DNA from: Octopus sinensis
Taxonomy: Eukaryota
Length of the DNA stretch: 64,000 bases
Assembly: GCF_006345805.1 (NCBI RefSeq)
Contig: NC_042998.1
Span: forward strand, 192,138,001 to 192,202,000
Direction of reading: 5' to 3'
Within the stretch, counting starts at the first letter, position 1. Each line of letters opens with the position of its first letter. Of the stretch, positions 1 through 11,782 are shown one piece after another. The notes under the pieces were generated by a model. That model saw nothing but the letters and a program-made list of their open reading frames with translations, was not told the origin of the DNA and made no database searches. A program made the position numbers and the translations under genes.

Positions 1-519
1 ATTTACATCAGAAGTATTTTTTTCATTGAGCTTATTTATTTATTTATTTATTTTTCATATGATACCTATCTTTGCCTCTGGCAGAATGATAAACATTTTC
101 TTCGTGAATTATTGACTGCTTTAATCTGCAAGAATCAATCTTAGTATGTTTATCAAGAAAGGCTCCTTTTCAGAATATGTTATACAAGAGAGAGAGAGAG
201 AGAGAAAATATCTTGAGTAAATATAAAAATAAAAGATGCTTTTCTGACATGGCACAAAATATGAATAATATAGCTGAACAATACTGACACCTAAGCGATT
301 TTACTATGCGAAATCATTTTGGATTTACCGTCACTTGACTACTTTGCAAATAGATAACATTATTAATTTCAAAACGTATTTTGTTAATAATACATTATAA
401 GTATTTTAAAGTATCTATAGTAGACAACGGGGATAATACGTTTTTGGTACAAAACTATTTACAAAATTCCATTCTGTTTTGGTGTTTCTTTTCGTATGCT
501 TAGATAGTGTAAGGGCAAA

Positions 520-605
520 CAATGTACCGTTGCATTTCAGATTGGTTCCAAAAGTACAACATTTACCACATCGAAGTCTATAAAAGAATTTGACTGAATC
601 GTTAG
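520..605 (+). repeat. Dispersed ~85-bp repeat, second copy at ~4566-4650
   Basis: The two loci share tgtacc..cacttcagattg.ttccaaaagta.aac.ttta..aca.cgaagtctat....ga.tttgactgaat. Confidence 0.6.
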
Positions 606-780
606 CAGGCCGGACAAAGTGTTTAGCATCATTTCGTCCGTCTTTACGTTCTGAGTTAAAAATTCCGCCGAGGTTCATTTTGCTTTTCATCATTTCGGTT
701 CAGTACCAGTTACGCACTGAGGTCGATGTAATCAACTTGCCCCAATTTCAGTCTATAGAAGAAAGGATTATTATTATATT
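594..780 (+). mobile_element. tRNA-derived SINE, family A variant with (ATT)n tail
   Basis: Matches the family A core gttctgagtt..aattccgccgagg..ctttcatc..agtaccagttacgcactg, and ends tatagaagaaaggattatt as at 28200-28245. Confidence 0.7.
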
Positions 781-798
781 ATTATTATTATTATTATT

Positions 799-2448
799 CC
801 TTTTTTTTTTCTTCTTTCAAATTTGCTTCCATTTCTTGCCGAGTGTCTTCCCGACTCCTAGGGCAAAGAAACTCATAGTATACATTGGTAGGCCATTAAA
901 CCAAACTCAATAGTTCGTTCATTTTTATCATTTTTTTTTTTAAGTTAAATTAAAATACATGAGCAGCAACAGTTCTCACATCGTCAATGCTCTTCTCAAT
1001 ACGTGTGATGTACCAGTTAAGACAATCTTTTGCACTTCTTGCAGGGATGGTAAGCCAGGGATCATTCTCATATAATTTTCGGTTCCCTTCTTGATCATTC
1101 CTAGTGCTCCTACGATCACTGGTATTGTAACCGCCTTGAGATGCCACATTTTCTCAATTTCAATGAGTAGGTCTTTATATTTTCTGAGCTTGTCAAACTC
1201 TCTCGCTGAGATATTATGATCGCAGGGGATGCTCATGTCGATCAATAAGCAAACTTTATTGTTTTGGTCTTTCACAACAATATCTGGTTTATTGGCCTTG
1301 ATGGTTCGGTCTGTATGTACTGGAAAGTCCCACAGAATGGTTACATTTTCTCCTTCAGTTACAGCCTCAGGGTGGTGATTATACCACTTGTCGGCAGTTT
1401 TGATATTGTAATGCCGACTTATTAGCCAGTGTAGATATTGGCCAACTCTGTCATGTCTTAATTTATACTCCACTGGAGCTAAGACTTTACATCCAGAGAT
1501 TAGGTGGTCCACTGTTTCAATCATGTCGTTGCAGAATCGGCATTTTGGGTCTACTCCATTTTTCATCACATTGGCCTGGTAGTTCCGGGTTAATAGGCTT
1601 TGATCTTGAGCAGCCAGGATGAAACCTTCGCTCTCTGCTTTTAGCCCTGAGCTCCGTAGCCACTGATGGGTTTGCTTCTGGTCAACATCAGCTTGTTTGC
1701 TGCGGGTCACCTATTTGCCGTGCAGAGGTTTCTCCTCCCACCTATCAGCCAATTGCTCGTGCGCTTTTTTCGTTGCCATTATTTTCACCTTTTTTGCAAC
1801 AATAATTGCCGTACTTCCCTCGGGTTGTTCTGTTTGGGTATCCTGCACGAGATCAATAGCAAATTTTTTGCTTTCCTTTATAATAGAATGAAGCTTCTTT
1901 CGTCTCTCGTTATTTTCCACGAGCTTTAGCATCCAGTCATTCGATATTTCGAGATATTTGGCCAGTCCAATTGTGGTTGTTTTGTAAGCTAGTTCAAATT
2001 GGATCAGGCCTCGACCTCCTTGGGCTCTGGGAAGGTAAAGGCGATCTACGTCTGCCTTTGGGTGGTGCATCCTATTACAACTCAGCAGCTTGCGTATTTT
2101 CCTATCTATATTCTTTACTTCACTCATATTCCAGTTCAACACATTGTAGCTATAAGTAACAACTGGAACTGCTAAGGAATTTATAGCTAACACCTTGTTA
2201 CGTGCATTTAGTTCAGATTTCAGGACTGCACGAACTCTCCTATAACATTCCTTCCTGATCTTCTCTTTCATGCTTGCATGCTGAATACCAGAGCCTTCAT
2301 TTATCCCTAAATATTTGTATGTTTGTTCTTGCTCAAGCTCTCTTATGACTGTGTCAACATCTAACACGACTGAATTTGTGGTCTTCACTTTCCCTTTCTG
2401 GAAAGTGGCCTTGGCACACTTCTCAAGTCCAAACTCCATCCCGATGTC
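799..2448 (-). mobile_element. 5'-truncated R4/Dong-clade non-LTR retrotransposon (RT C-terminal part, CCHC knuckle, restriction-like endonuclease) inserted in (TAA)n
   Basis: ORFs 1711-2439 and 976-1710 are in the same frame, separated by one TAG (KPLHGK*VTRS). Motifs: DIGMEFGLEKC, YKYLG, LYLPRAQGGRGL, CRFC..ETVDHLISGC, RHD, KPDIVV..D..K..KY, IPVIVGALG. There is a ~175-nt 3' UTR, and (TAA)n lies on both sides (766-798, 2449-2526). Confidence 0.92.
976..2445 (-). pseudogene. RT/RLE polyprotein remnant of the Dong-like element (one premature stop at 1711-1713)
   Basis: About 490 codons of continuous frame with a single TAG where a Tyr is expected (HGKY). Confidence 0.88.
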
Positions 2449-2464
2449 ATTATTATTATTATTA

Positions 2465-2527
<63 letters not shown>

Positions 2528-3360
2528 CCTTTCCACGTTAGTGTCATGTAATAACACGTCTAAATACGAATTTTTATTGAGGTGGTGGTGTGGAAAAGAC
2601 TATAATACAATAATTCCTTCTCCTTGGTTACGTTAGTTTACGACCATATTTCGTTGACGATATTCTTGGCATATTTTGTACAGAAAGTATTAAATACATA
2701 AGTACAGATGTTACTGGTGTCGCTTAAACAATATCAATTAAGTATTCGTAGGAATCAGTTAACTATGTTTTATGATAAACGTCTAATAATATTATGATAT
2801 TGTACATACTATAAATATGGATGCGTGAGACAAGAACAATGTAAACAGTCTTTAATTTCTTACGTAATCTCTGAGGGTAGTCCACGGCCGGCTTAATAAG
2901 TCAATGATTAGTCAATATTTAAACAGTACATGTTTACTTAGAACCCCTCATAAAAGAGAGGTGGTGTTTCACACAAAGAAAATTAACCATTTTCAATCGC
3001 AATAGTCATATATAGAGGTAGAGTTAGCATGTACTGTAGCAGTAGTGTTGTACACATTAATGTCTTCGGAATGTGTCTATAGTACAATTCGACTAAGTAA
3101 ATGTAAACGTTGCTGAACTAAAGGAAAGCAAATCAAGAGAATCGATATGCGGAAAATCGAGCTCCAGTCCATTGAAGGCTTGTCATATTATAGACTAATT
3201 ATAAGAGTAGATAATGACTACTACCTTGATTTTTGCTGGGTTCTCTAAAAGAAAAATTATGGGAACATCTTTGAATTCTGATTAGATAGACAGTGATGGT
3301 TGTAAAGTACTACTGGTTTTCTTGCTCTGAATTTTATCGAAAAAGGAGGGAAAACAGATT

Positions 3361-3815
3361 TACTCTTTTACTCTTTTACTTGCTTCAGTCATGTGACTGT
3401 GGCCATGCTGGAGCACCGCCTTTAGTAGAGCAAATCGACCCCAGGATTTATTCTTTGTAAGCCTAGTACTTATTCTATCGGTGAACAACAAAAATTCCAC
3501 CCGGTTGCATGAAGGTCGCTAGTCTTGAGCAAAATTTTAAAATCAATATTGAACGAACGTCTAGCCGAACCGCTAAGTTACGGGAACGTAAAAACATCAG
3601 CATCGATGTTGGGGGCGGGGACAAAAACAGACATACAAACATATACAGACATAGACATATATATATAGTTTCAGTCTACCAAATCCACTCACAAGGTTTT
3701 GGTCGGCCCGAGGCTATAGTAGAAGACACTTGCCCAAGGTGCCACGCAGTGGGACTGAACCCGGAGCTATGTGGTTGGTGAGCAAGCTACTTACCACACA
3801 GCCACTTCTACGCCT
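3361..3815 (-). mobile_element. tRNA-derived SINE family B carrying an 81-bp templated insertion (3483-3563)
   Basis: Colinear with copies at 13415, 21734, 23195, 42167 and 43613, with the (gagtaaaa)n tail. Confidence 0.92.
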
Positions 3816-4243
3816 ACTTATTTACATACTTATTATATAGGCAATGCATGACAGATGAGTACTGCTCTCTCTCGTTGTTCCAATAAATCGGTGAACGACA
3901 AAAATTCCACCCAGTTGCACGAAGGTCGCTTGAGTCCTGAGCAAAATTTTAAAATCAATATTTAACGAACGTCTGGCCGATTCTACTTTATAATTTCATT
4001 GCATGTGTCGAAGCATTCCATATTTCACTTAATCTATAAATGTTACAAGTTCACATTGTCGAAAACTGTGAGAGCAGGTGTCAGAAACCAAAAAAATGTC
4101 TCTATCAATAATGTTTACCATGTTCTAATTAATTTAATGTACACACAATAAGGTTTTCCTGTGTCTGTATCATAAAGCATAAATTCAATAGAGACTAGTA
4201 AATTTTAGTCAATATTTATGAGATGCTTCTCCTAAATTAATAA

Positions 4244-4269
4244 CAATAATAATAATAATAATAATAATA

Positions 4270-4319
<50 letters not shown>

Positions 4320-4335
4320 CATTATTATTATTATA
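4244..4335. repeat. (AAT)n/(ATT)n strand-switching microsatellite
   Basis: Read directly from the sequence. Confidence 0.95.
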
Positions 4336-4747
4336 ATGCAGTATCAGGCAGTGGTTCTCATGACGTCTGATCTTAACTGATTGGAAGTGTTATCATGTAT
4401 ATTGTTTTGTTCTGGTATAAAAAATGGGCTAGAGTGAATATTTTGCTCAATATCACAGATTTGCTTGTCAGTTGCTTGACCTTAACCAGTTGAGCATGTG
4501 TTTTAGTGGCTGACGATATGTGCCCTTTTGATTACGAGCAAAAGTAGCTGGGGAGCATAATAGCATCATGTACCCTACACTTCAGATTGATTCCAAAAGT
4601 ATAACGTTTACAACACCGAAGTCTATTCGAGGATTTGACTGAATTATTAGAAAAAGTGCTTAGGAAAAGCGGTACTCGTAAAAATCAAAGCCATCTCCAT
4701 TAGAAGAGGAATATTTCAGGGAGACACACTCTGTCCTCTCCTTTTCT

Positions 4748-4856
4748 TAAATAAGTACCAGTTACGCACTTGGGTCGATACAATCGACTTAATCCGTTTG
4801 TCTGTCCTTGTTTGTCCTCTCTGTGTTTTGCCCCTTGTGGGTAGTAAAGAAATAGG
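4748..4856 (+). mobile_element. SINE family A, 3' fragment
   Basis: aagtaccagttacgcact..gtagtaaagaaatagg matches the family A 3' half. Confidence 0.85.
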
Positions 4857-5404
4857 TACACGCGTAAGCGGAAAAAGCAACTGTATCCCATGTAGCAATT
4901 TCACTTGATTGGGCGATAAAATGCTCATCTCCAAAACGGACAGAGGATTAACCAAATCTGTTCGCGCGAACAAAAATGTTCAAATTGACGTAAGACCTTC
5001 TAATTGGATGTACAATAGACCTTCACTCTTAGGCTGTTGGTAATGGTTATGAAAGTGTTTGCGATTGTGATAATGACCATAATTACGTTGTTGTTGTAGT
5101 TTAGCCCTCATTTCATCAGCCCAAACTGAGTAGAACTATGACGGAAGACATTCGCATCAAGACCTTCCTGTTTTTCTCTAGTGATACACAATCTAATATT
5201 TACTGCCATTTGTTCAAGATCACAATGATGTACTTTAAGGTAACTGGAACAGTGATTATGGTGGTTGTGATGCTTGTGGTGTGTTCATGGCTATGATGAT
5301 CATATTAACGATGGTGGCGTTGGTAGTGATGGTGGTCGTAGTGGTTGGGACGGAGTAGTGAAAGCCGTAATAGTAGCATTGCTCCTAGGCACGTTAGTAG
5401 TATT

Positions 5405-5790
5405 GGATGGAAGCACTCCGTCGGTTACGACAATGAGGGTTCCGGTTGATCCGAATCAACGGAACAGCCTGCTCGTGAAATTAACGTGTAAGTGGCTGAG
5501 CACTCCACAGACACGTGCACCCTTAATGTAGTTCTCGGGGATATTCAGCGTGACACAGAGAATGACAAGGCCGGCCCTTTGAAATACAGGTACAACAGAA
5601 ACAGGAAGTAAGAGTGAGAGAAAGTTGTGGTGAAAGAGTACAGCAGGGATCACCACCATCCCCTGCCGGAGCCTCGTGGAGCTTTTAGGTGTTTTCGCTC
5701 AATAAACACTCACAACGCCCGGTCTGGGAATCGAAACCGCGATCCTACGACCGCGAGTCCGCTGCCCTAACCACTGGGCCATTACGCCTC
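5405..5790 (-). mobile_element. tRNA-derived SINE, head C plus tail 1
   Basis: A-box TGGCCCAGTGGTTAGG and B-box GGTTTCGATTCC are present. The 15-bp TSD cacgttagtagtatt is at 5390-5404 and 5791-5805. Confidence 0.93.
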
Positions 5791-5847
5791 CACGTTAGTA
5801 GTATTACCACCAGCAGCAGCAAATTTTAATAACATCATTAGTAGCGT

Positions 5848-6188
5848 GAGTGGAGGCGCGTGGCTCAGTGGTTAGAGCGTCGAGCTTACGATCGTGAGGT
5901 TATGAATTCGAATCTTGGACCGGGCTGCGTGTTGTGTTCTTGAGCAAGACACTTTCTTTCACGTTGCTCCAGTTCACTCAGCTGTAGAAATGAGTTGCAA
6001 CATCACTGGTGCCAAGCTGTATCGGCCTTTGCTTTTCTCTTGGATAACATCGGTGGTGTGAAGAGAGGAGGCTGGTATGCATGAGCGACTGCTAATCTTC
6101 CATAAACAACCTTGTCCAGACTTGTGCCTGGGAGGCTAACTTTCTAGGTGCAATCCCACGGTTAGTCATTAGCGAAGGGGGCTTCAAC
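5848..6188 (+). mobile_element. tRNA-derived SINE, head D (CORE-like domain) plus tail 4
   Basis: A-box TGGCTCAGTGG, then gttgtgttcttgagcaagacacttt, which resembles the CORE/MIR domain. The 13-bp TSD tcattagtagcgt is at 5835-5847 and 6189-6201. Confidence 0.9.
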
Positions 6189-6204
6189 TCATTAGTAGCG
6201 TAAG

Positions 6205-6420
6205 TCGGTGAGCTGGGAGGATCGATAGTACGCCAGACAAAATGCTTAGCGGCATTTCGTCCGTCTTTACGTTCTGAGTTCAGATTCCGCCGAAGTCGAC
6301 TTTACACCTTTCATCCTCCCGAAGTCGTTACAATAAGTAAGAGTTGAACACTGTGGTAAATGTAATCGACTTCTCCCTCCACCATAATTGCTAGCCTTGT
6401 GACAAAATTTGAAACCATTA
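6205..6420 (+). mobile_element. SINE family A variant (older)
   Basis: tRNA-like head plus gtcgacttt..ctttcatcc core. Confidence 0.75.
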
Positions 6421-6464
6421 ATTGTGAGTGTGTTTAGATATTGTGCCTGTGTCATAACTATTAA

Positions 6465-6491
6465 TTGTAGTAGTAGTATTAGTATTAGTAT

Positions 6492-6532
<41 letters not shown>

Positions 6533-6545
6533 ACAACAGCAGTAG
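6465..6545. repeat. (GTA)n microsatellite
   Basis: Read directly from the sequence. Confidence 0.95.
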
Positions 6546-6635
6546 CTACAACGTTTAATGTATTTGAGGCAATGTTATGTTTTGTGATGTTGCTGATGCC
6601 AGTTGTGATAGTAGTGATTATATATTCCTTTGCCC

Positions 6636-6846
6636 ACAAGGGCACAGTGGGGACAAATAAGGACAGACAAAGGGATTAAACCAATTACATCGACCACAGT
6701 GCGAAACTGGTACTTAATTTATCGACCCCGAAAGGATGAAAGGTAAAGTCGACCTCGGCGGAATTTGAACTCAGAACGTAACGGCAGACGAAATACCGCT
6801 GAGCATTTCGCCCGGCGTGCTAAAGTTTCTGCCACCTCGCCGCCTT
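6636..6846 (-). mobile_element. SINE family A, full length
   Basis: Colinear with the 35134-35360 copy. Confidence 0.92.
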
Positions 6847-6849
6847 ATT

Positions 6850-7126
6850 TGTGGTAGTAGTGATTATAGTGAGATTGCGGTGGTGTCTTTTGTCGTAGTG
6901 GTTGTTGTGATTGTTGTGAGAATCGTTGTGAGATTGTTGTGAGAACGGTTGTGGTTGTGGTGGTGATGGTGGCGAAGTATTTGACTGCAGTCGTGGTAGT
7001 TGCTGAGGTGGTTGTACATGTTGTCGTAGTTCTTGGTTTTGCAGTAGTAGTGGTAGTAACCATTTTGGAATGGTGACGGTGTTGCAGTTGTATAAGTATT
7101 AGCAGTTGGTCTATTAACAGTAGCTT

Positions 7127-7213
<87 letters not shown>

Positions 7214-7420
7214 CTGCAGCACCAAAAGTTTCTCCCATCTTTAACATCAACTGTTAGTGACTTGAGATTGGTAATACTGCCGCCCTATGTATGTGTGTAT
7301 GTATGTATGTGTATGTATGTATGTATGCATGTATGTATGTGTGTGTGTAATTACGTATGTATGCATGCATGTATGTATGTAGGTGGCGTGTGCGTATGTA
7401 TACATGAGCATATGTGTATG
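6850..7420. repeat. Compound (GTT/GTG/GTA)n followed by (ATGT)n microsatellites
   Basis: Read directly from the sequence; explains the poly-T and poly-L ORFs. Confidence 0.93.
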
Positions 7421-9157
7421 TATATGTGTTTCTAGGAGTCAGGAAAGGAGGAAAGGGCGGAAGGAAGATACGTAAACTTGAGAATATCATTTAGTATTAA
7501 TAGTTATTTGTACTTGCGACTCTTATCAGTATTTTTTGAGGTGGGTGTTTGGGTTGTGAGGTGGTAAAAGATGAAAATATATGGTAGTTTTGTATATGTA
7601 TGTATGTATTTGTGAGCGCTTAGAAGAAGCCATTACTACATTTCCTCTCACCAGCACCACACCGCTACCACCTCGAGAAGATGAGCCCCCGTTTACTCGT
7701 CTTTTCAAAACATCCTGTCAAGATCTAAGGAGTGTATAAATAAATAAATATATAAATAAGCCAAGGAATAAATTCAAAGAAATATTTTTTACCTATCCTA
7801 AACTGTATGAGCTGTAGTGTTTCAATTGACAAAGTGCTTATTGCTTTTAACGAAATGGATGGGATACCTTTACCTAGATAAAAAATCCTGTGGTTAGTGT
7901 CAGACGTCGGACAGACGTCACTGCTACCATTTTCAAGCATCACCCACACCACAACCATTTTCACAAAACATACTCTATTCCCATCCCTTCGCTCTCAGTC
8001 TTGCTATCTCTATCTCTCTCTTCCTCTCCCTCTTTCTCTCTCTCTCTCTATCTCTATCTTTCTATCTATCTCTCTCATTTCCTCTCATCTTTCTTATTTT
8101 ATCTCTTTTTAAAATTTCTCTATTCCTATAAAAGCAAATTAACAAGCACCTACAATAACAACAGTAGTAATTTCGCGAGCCAACGTGGTAGCCACTTTCG
8201 GGTCACTGGGCCTGCTAGAAATAACAGCAGAACTCTCCCTCAAATTTTCGACCTTTCAAAAAAGGATCTCATAGTGGATAATGTTGTCCTAAACTACACT
8301 GCGTAAAAAAAAAAAGAAAAAAAAACACAATGTGCTTTTGATCATCGGTCCCCTGTAGCAGGACTGACCTGGGGTTAATCAACAATAAATACCAGCATAT
8401 CTTTTTTCAAAGACTCTTCTTCCCATTAATCTCTTTCTCAGTCACTGTCCACACAACATGTTTATGGAAAACCAAAACACTTCTACAAACGTCAAACTAC
8501 CGACTCTGGCGCTCTCAGATTAACATCAACATGTTGTACGCATTCATTCCGAGATAATAATGATCTCGAGTACCAACAGCTCTGAAAAATAAAGAAGGCA
8601 AGTGCAAACGACGATAGCAAAGTTTAATACATGTGTGCCACATATCGTTTGTTTTCCTTTTCTTCACTTCATTTTTTTTAGGTTAACTGAAAACTTCTAC
8701 AGTGAACAATTATTGTTTGTTTGTATTTAATTTCCAGCCGCAGAATTGTATTAATGTATAAATACTTTTTTTTTTCAAAATCGATAATATTGAAGTGCAT
8801 TAATTGATCTGTTGCCTGTCTGATGGAGGAATAAAACGGAGTACACGTGTTGTCAAAATAGCGCGTATGATATGAATATTAAAATTACTAAGATAGCAAT
8901 ATCAGGAGTAATGGTAAAATTTCTCGGTGTATACGTATTTTTGCTAATAAACCAGGGACAAGTATGATGTAAGTACGAAATATTTGCAGTTTGCTCTTAA
9001 TTTATTTTTATTTTATTATATATATAATTTTTTTTTACATAAATGCTTTTATAATATTCTGTAGTGATTGTTCCTGCATTCCTGAATATGTTAGTAATTT
9101 AATAGTTGCAGCCTTGTCTGTTACATTTTTTTTTATCAAAATATTAAAAAAATCATT

Positions 9158-9425
9158 GGTACTATTTAAGGAGAGTGGTCCTGGTGCGCGCACTCGCGTA
9201 CTCGCGCATCCGCGCTAGCTAGTCGTGACTAGTCGATCCTACAACGACTACCTAGCAAAGTAAATAAAACAAAAAATAATTTTTTTAAACAAAGTAAATA
9301 ATTTTTTTAAACAAAGTAAATAAAACGCAAAAACACAAAGTAAGGATCGACTAGTCAAGACTAGCTAGCGCGAATGCGTGAGTACGCAAGTGCGCGCACC
9401 GGGACCACTCTTCTTAAATAGTACC
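9158..9425. mobile_element. MITE with ~83-bp TIRs and 9-bp TSD (Merlin-like, MULE not excluded)
   Basis: GGTAC...GTACC termini, arms with ~7 mismatches, and TSD AAAATCATT at 9149-9157 and 9426-9434. Confidence 0.85.
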
Positions 9426-10170
9426 AAAATCATTATTTGTAATGGGAATACCAATGGGTTTTGTTTTTACATTATTTCTTAGTCACGGAAGGAAAGGTAG
9501 AACGTATGGTTTTTCTCGGGGGTTACCGAAATTACTAGGTGGAAAGATGGTAGCTCTGTTTAAAGACTTGGTCTTTATGCCTGTAGAAGAGTGGCCTAGG
9601 TAAAAGTCACCTAAAACCTAGGTGGTGGTATTAAACGAAGTGATGAAATTAGTCAGACATACAAAGAATAGGAGTGGTCTCTCTGTCAGGCACCTACATT
9701 AATTCCATTTGCTGTATCTCATTCTCAATAATCTAGACGACTGGAAGTTACGGTAGAAGAGTCTTATTCAATTTATCGTGCATTTGGATCGAACTCGACA
9801 TCTATGGTTTTAACCCGCCACCATTTGCCACTGAGGGTGCCTTTAGTGAAATCCAGTCTGTTGCAAGCATTTGGGCCAGGTTTCCAATTTGTGAACAACT
9901 TCCTTCCTACTTCCCACTAGACCCGGATGTTCTGTAACAGGTGGTGAGAACCGCTCTCCCGGTTATAAGATAAAAAATATATATACTTTCGAAGCAAACC
10001 CGAAAACAGTTTCGAAGCGAACTTCTTAAACATTCAACCATGCTGTATCCATGTTAGAACGACTTTCTCTGCATTGCTAGATACACTTTGTTAATATATG
10101 TTAATATACTTAATTCTTGTTCTTGTTGTTCTTGGTACTTAGACACGAAGTACCCTAATCGAACATACCT

Positions 10171-10432
10171 ATTTCTTTATTACTCATGTTTAGCTCCTTG
10201 TGGGCAATAAAGAAATATATTACTCACAAGGGGCTAGACATAGAGTCAACAAACAAGGACAGACAAAGGGATTAAGTTGATTCCAGTGCGTAACTGTTAC
10301 TTAATTTATCGACCCCGAAAGGTTGAAAGGCAAAGTCGACCTCGGCGGAATTTGAACTCACAACGTAACGGCAGACGAAATACCGCTGAGCATTTCGCCC
10401 GGTGTGCTAACGTTTCTGCCAGCTCACCCCAT
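10171..10432 (-). mobile_element. SINE family A with an inverted copy of its own 3' end
   Basis: The 15-bp TSD taatcgaacatacct is at 10156-10170 and 10433-10447. Confidence 0.88.
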
Positions 10433-11328
10433 TAATCGAACATACCTGCTATTTTCAGCAGTGTCCTGTTCCTGTAGTGATCATCTGGCCTTTTCATAAT
10501 GTAGGTCTATATTTTCCAATGTATGTTTATCTAGGGTGACAGACTGATTTATTGTTGTGCGGGAGATTTGACTGCTAGCAGGTTAACGACCGTGTTGTTA
10601 CGCATGGCATGTATACTTACCGTTTCAGTATGTTCCCAGTTCAAATCCTACTGGATTCATCTTTGGTTTTCATCCTCACTGGATTGATAATATCAATTAT
10701 GCCAAGCATATATTGAGGGCCACAATATCCTTTCCCTACGAACTTTGTGGCCTTGCATCATAGTAAGGAATCGTTGATATATAGGGCAATACAGATTGTT
10801 GAGTTCTTTATGAAACTAAGTTCGGTATCTGACTGCGATCTTCAGCATAAACTATTCACATATGACATCCTTCAAAACAACAAAGATTTGAGATTCATTT
10901 CTTCCGTCAATATCAACGAAAATCTTGATATTAAAAAATAGTGATTTCTAACATTGGCATATGGCTGTACATTTTTTGGTGAGTTGGTACAGTAATTATA
11001 TCGACCATAGTATTTTATCAGAGCATTTGTTATCGAACCCGAAAGGGTGAAAATTAATGTTGACATCGGCAGGATTTGAACTCAGAACGTTCATTTTAAA
11101 CGTTTCATATTAAATATTTTATAAGGATCAGTTATTAATATATATAAATATATACAAGTCTAGAAAGTTGGTTTTTTTTTCTAAATCACGATCCTAATCT
11201 ACTTGGAAATTATTCGATTCCGTTTCGTTTCCTAATGATTCTGATATCGTTTAAACTCATTTATGCTGAATAGTATTTATTATTATTATTTGAAAGATAT
11301 TGGTTGCTATTGTAGTCAATAAAAATTA

Positions 11329-11374
<46 letters not shown>

Positions 11375-11379
11375 ATATA

Positions 11380-11532
11380 CATAATACATGCCTAATAAGC
11401 ATATAATGTGAAACAAGGTCGAAAAAAGAGTACTCAAATACCAGAGGGAGCGTAATATGCTTTATTTAAAAGCAGCAGAAATATAACAAAAGCTGTTACT
11501 CAGAGCTTCACGTTCCGTTCGTTGGACAGTTT

Positions 11533-11585
<53 letters not shown>

Positions 11586-11706
11586 GGAGTAAGCACATAA
11601 ATGTGAAACAAGGTGGAAAAAAGAGTACTCAAATACCAGAGGTAGAGTAATATGCTTTATTTAAAAGCAGCAGAAATATGTTATATTTCTGCTGTTTTTA
11701 CATAAA

Positions 11707-11711
<5 letters not shown>
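11380..11711 (-). mobile_element. Two tandem copies of a short (TA)n-associated repeat (Penelope pseudo-LTR-like). Copy 1 carries a degenerate hammerhead; copy 2 ends in a foldback.
   Basis: aatgtgaaacaagg..gagtactcaaataccagagg..taatatgctttatttaaaagcagcagaaatat occurs at ~11406 and ~11600. A 29-bp inverted repeat lies at 11651-11679 / 11683-11711. Confidence 0.75.
11493..11529 (-). ncRNA. Degenerate minimal type I hammerhead ribozyme
   Basis: CUGU-CCAACGA-ACG GAA CGU-GAAG-CUC U GAG-UA-ACAG. The geometry is correct, but U4C, G5A and A15.1G deviate from consensus. Confidence 0.5.

Positions 11712-11782
<71 letters not shown>

Noticed and set aside
5720-5950. tRNA genes suggested by A/B boxes (also at 18161, 20183 and 46820)
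   Set aside because: They continue into SINE bodies with TSDs and lack a complete acceptor stem.
6267-7490. Poly-L, poly-T, poly-V and YI-repeat ORFs here and at 28912-29293, 36000-36480 and 55191-56412
   Set aside because: They are translations of microsatellites with no coding signal.
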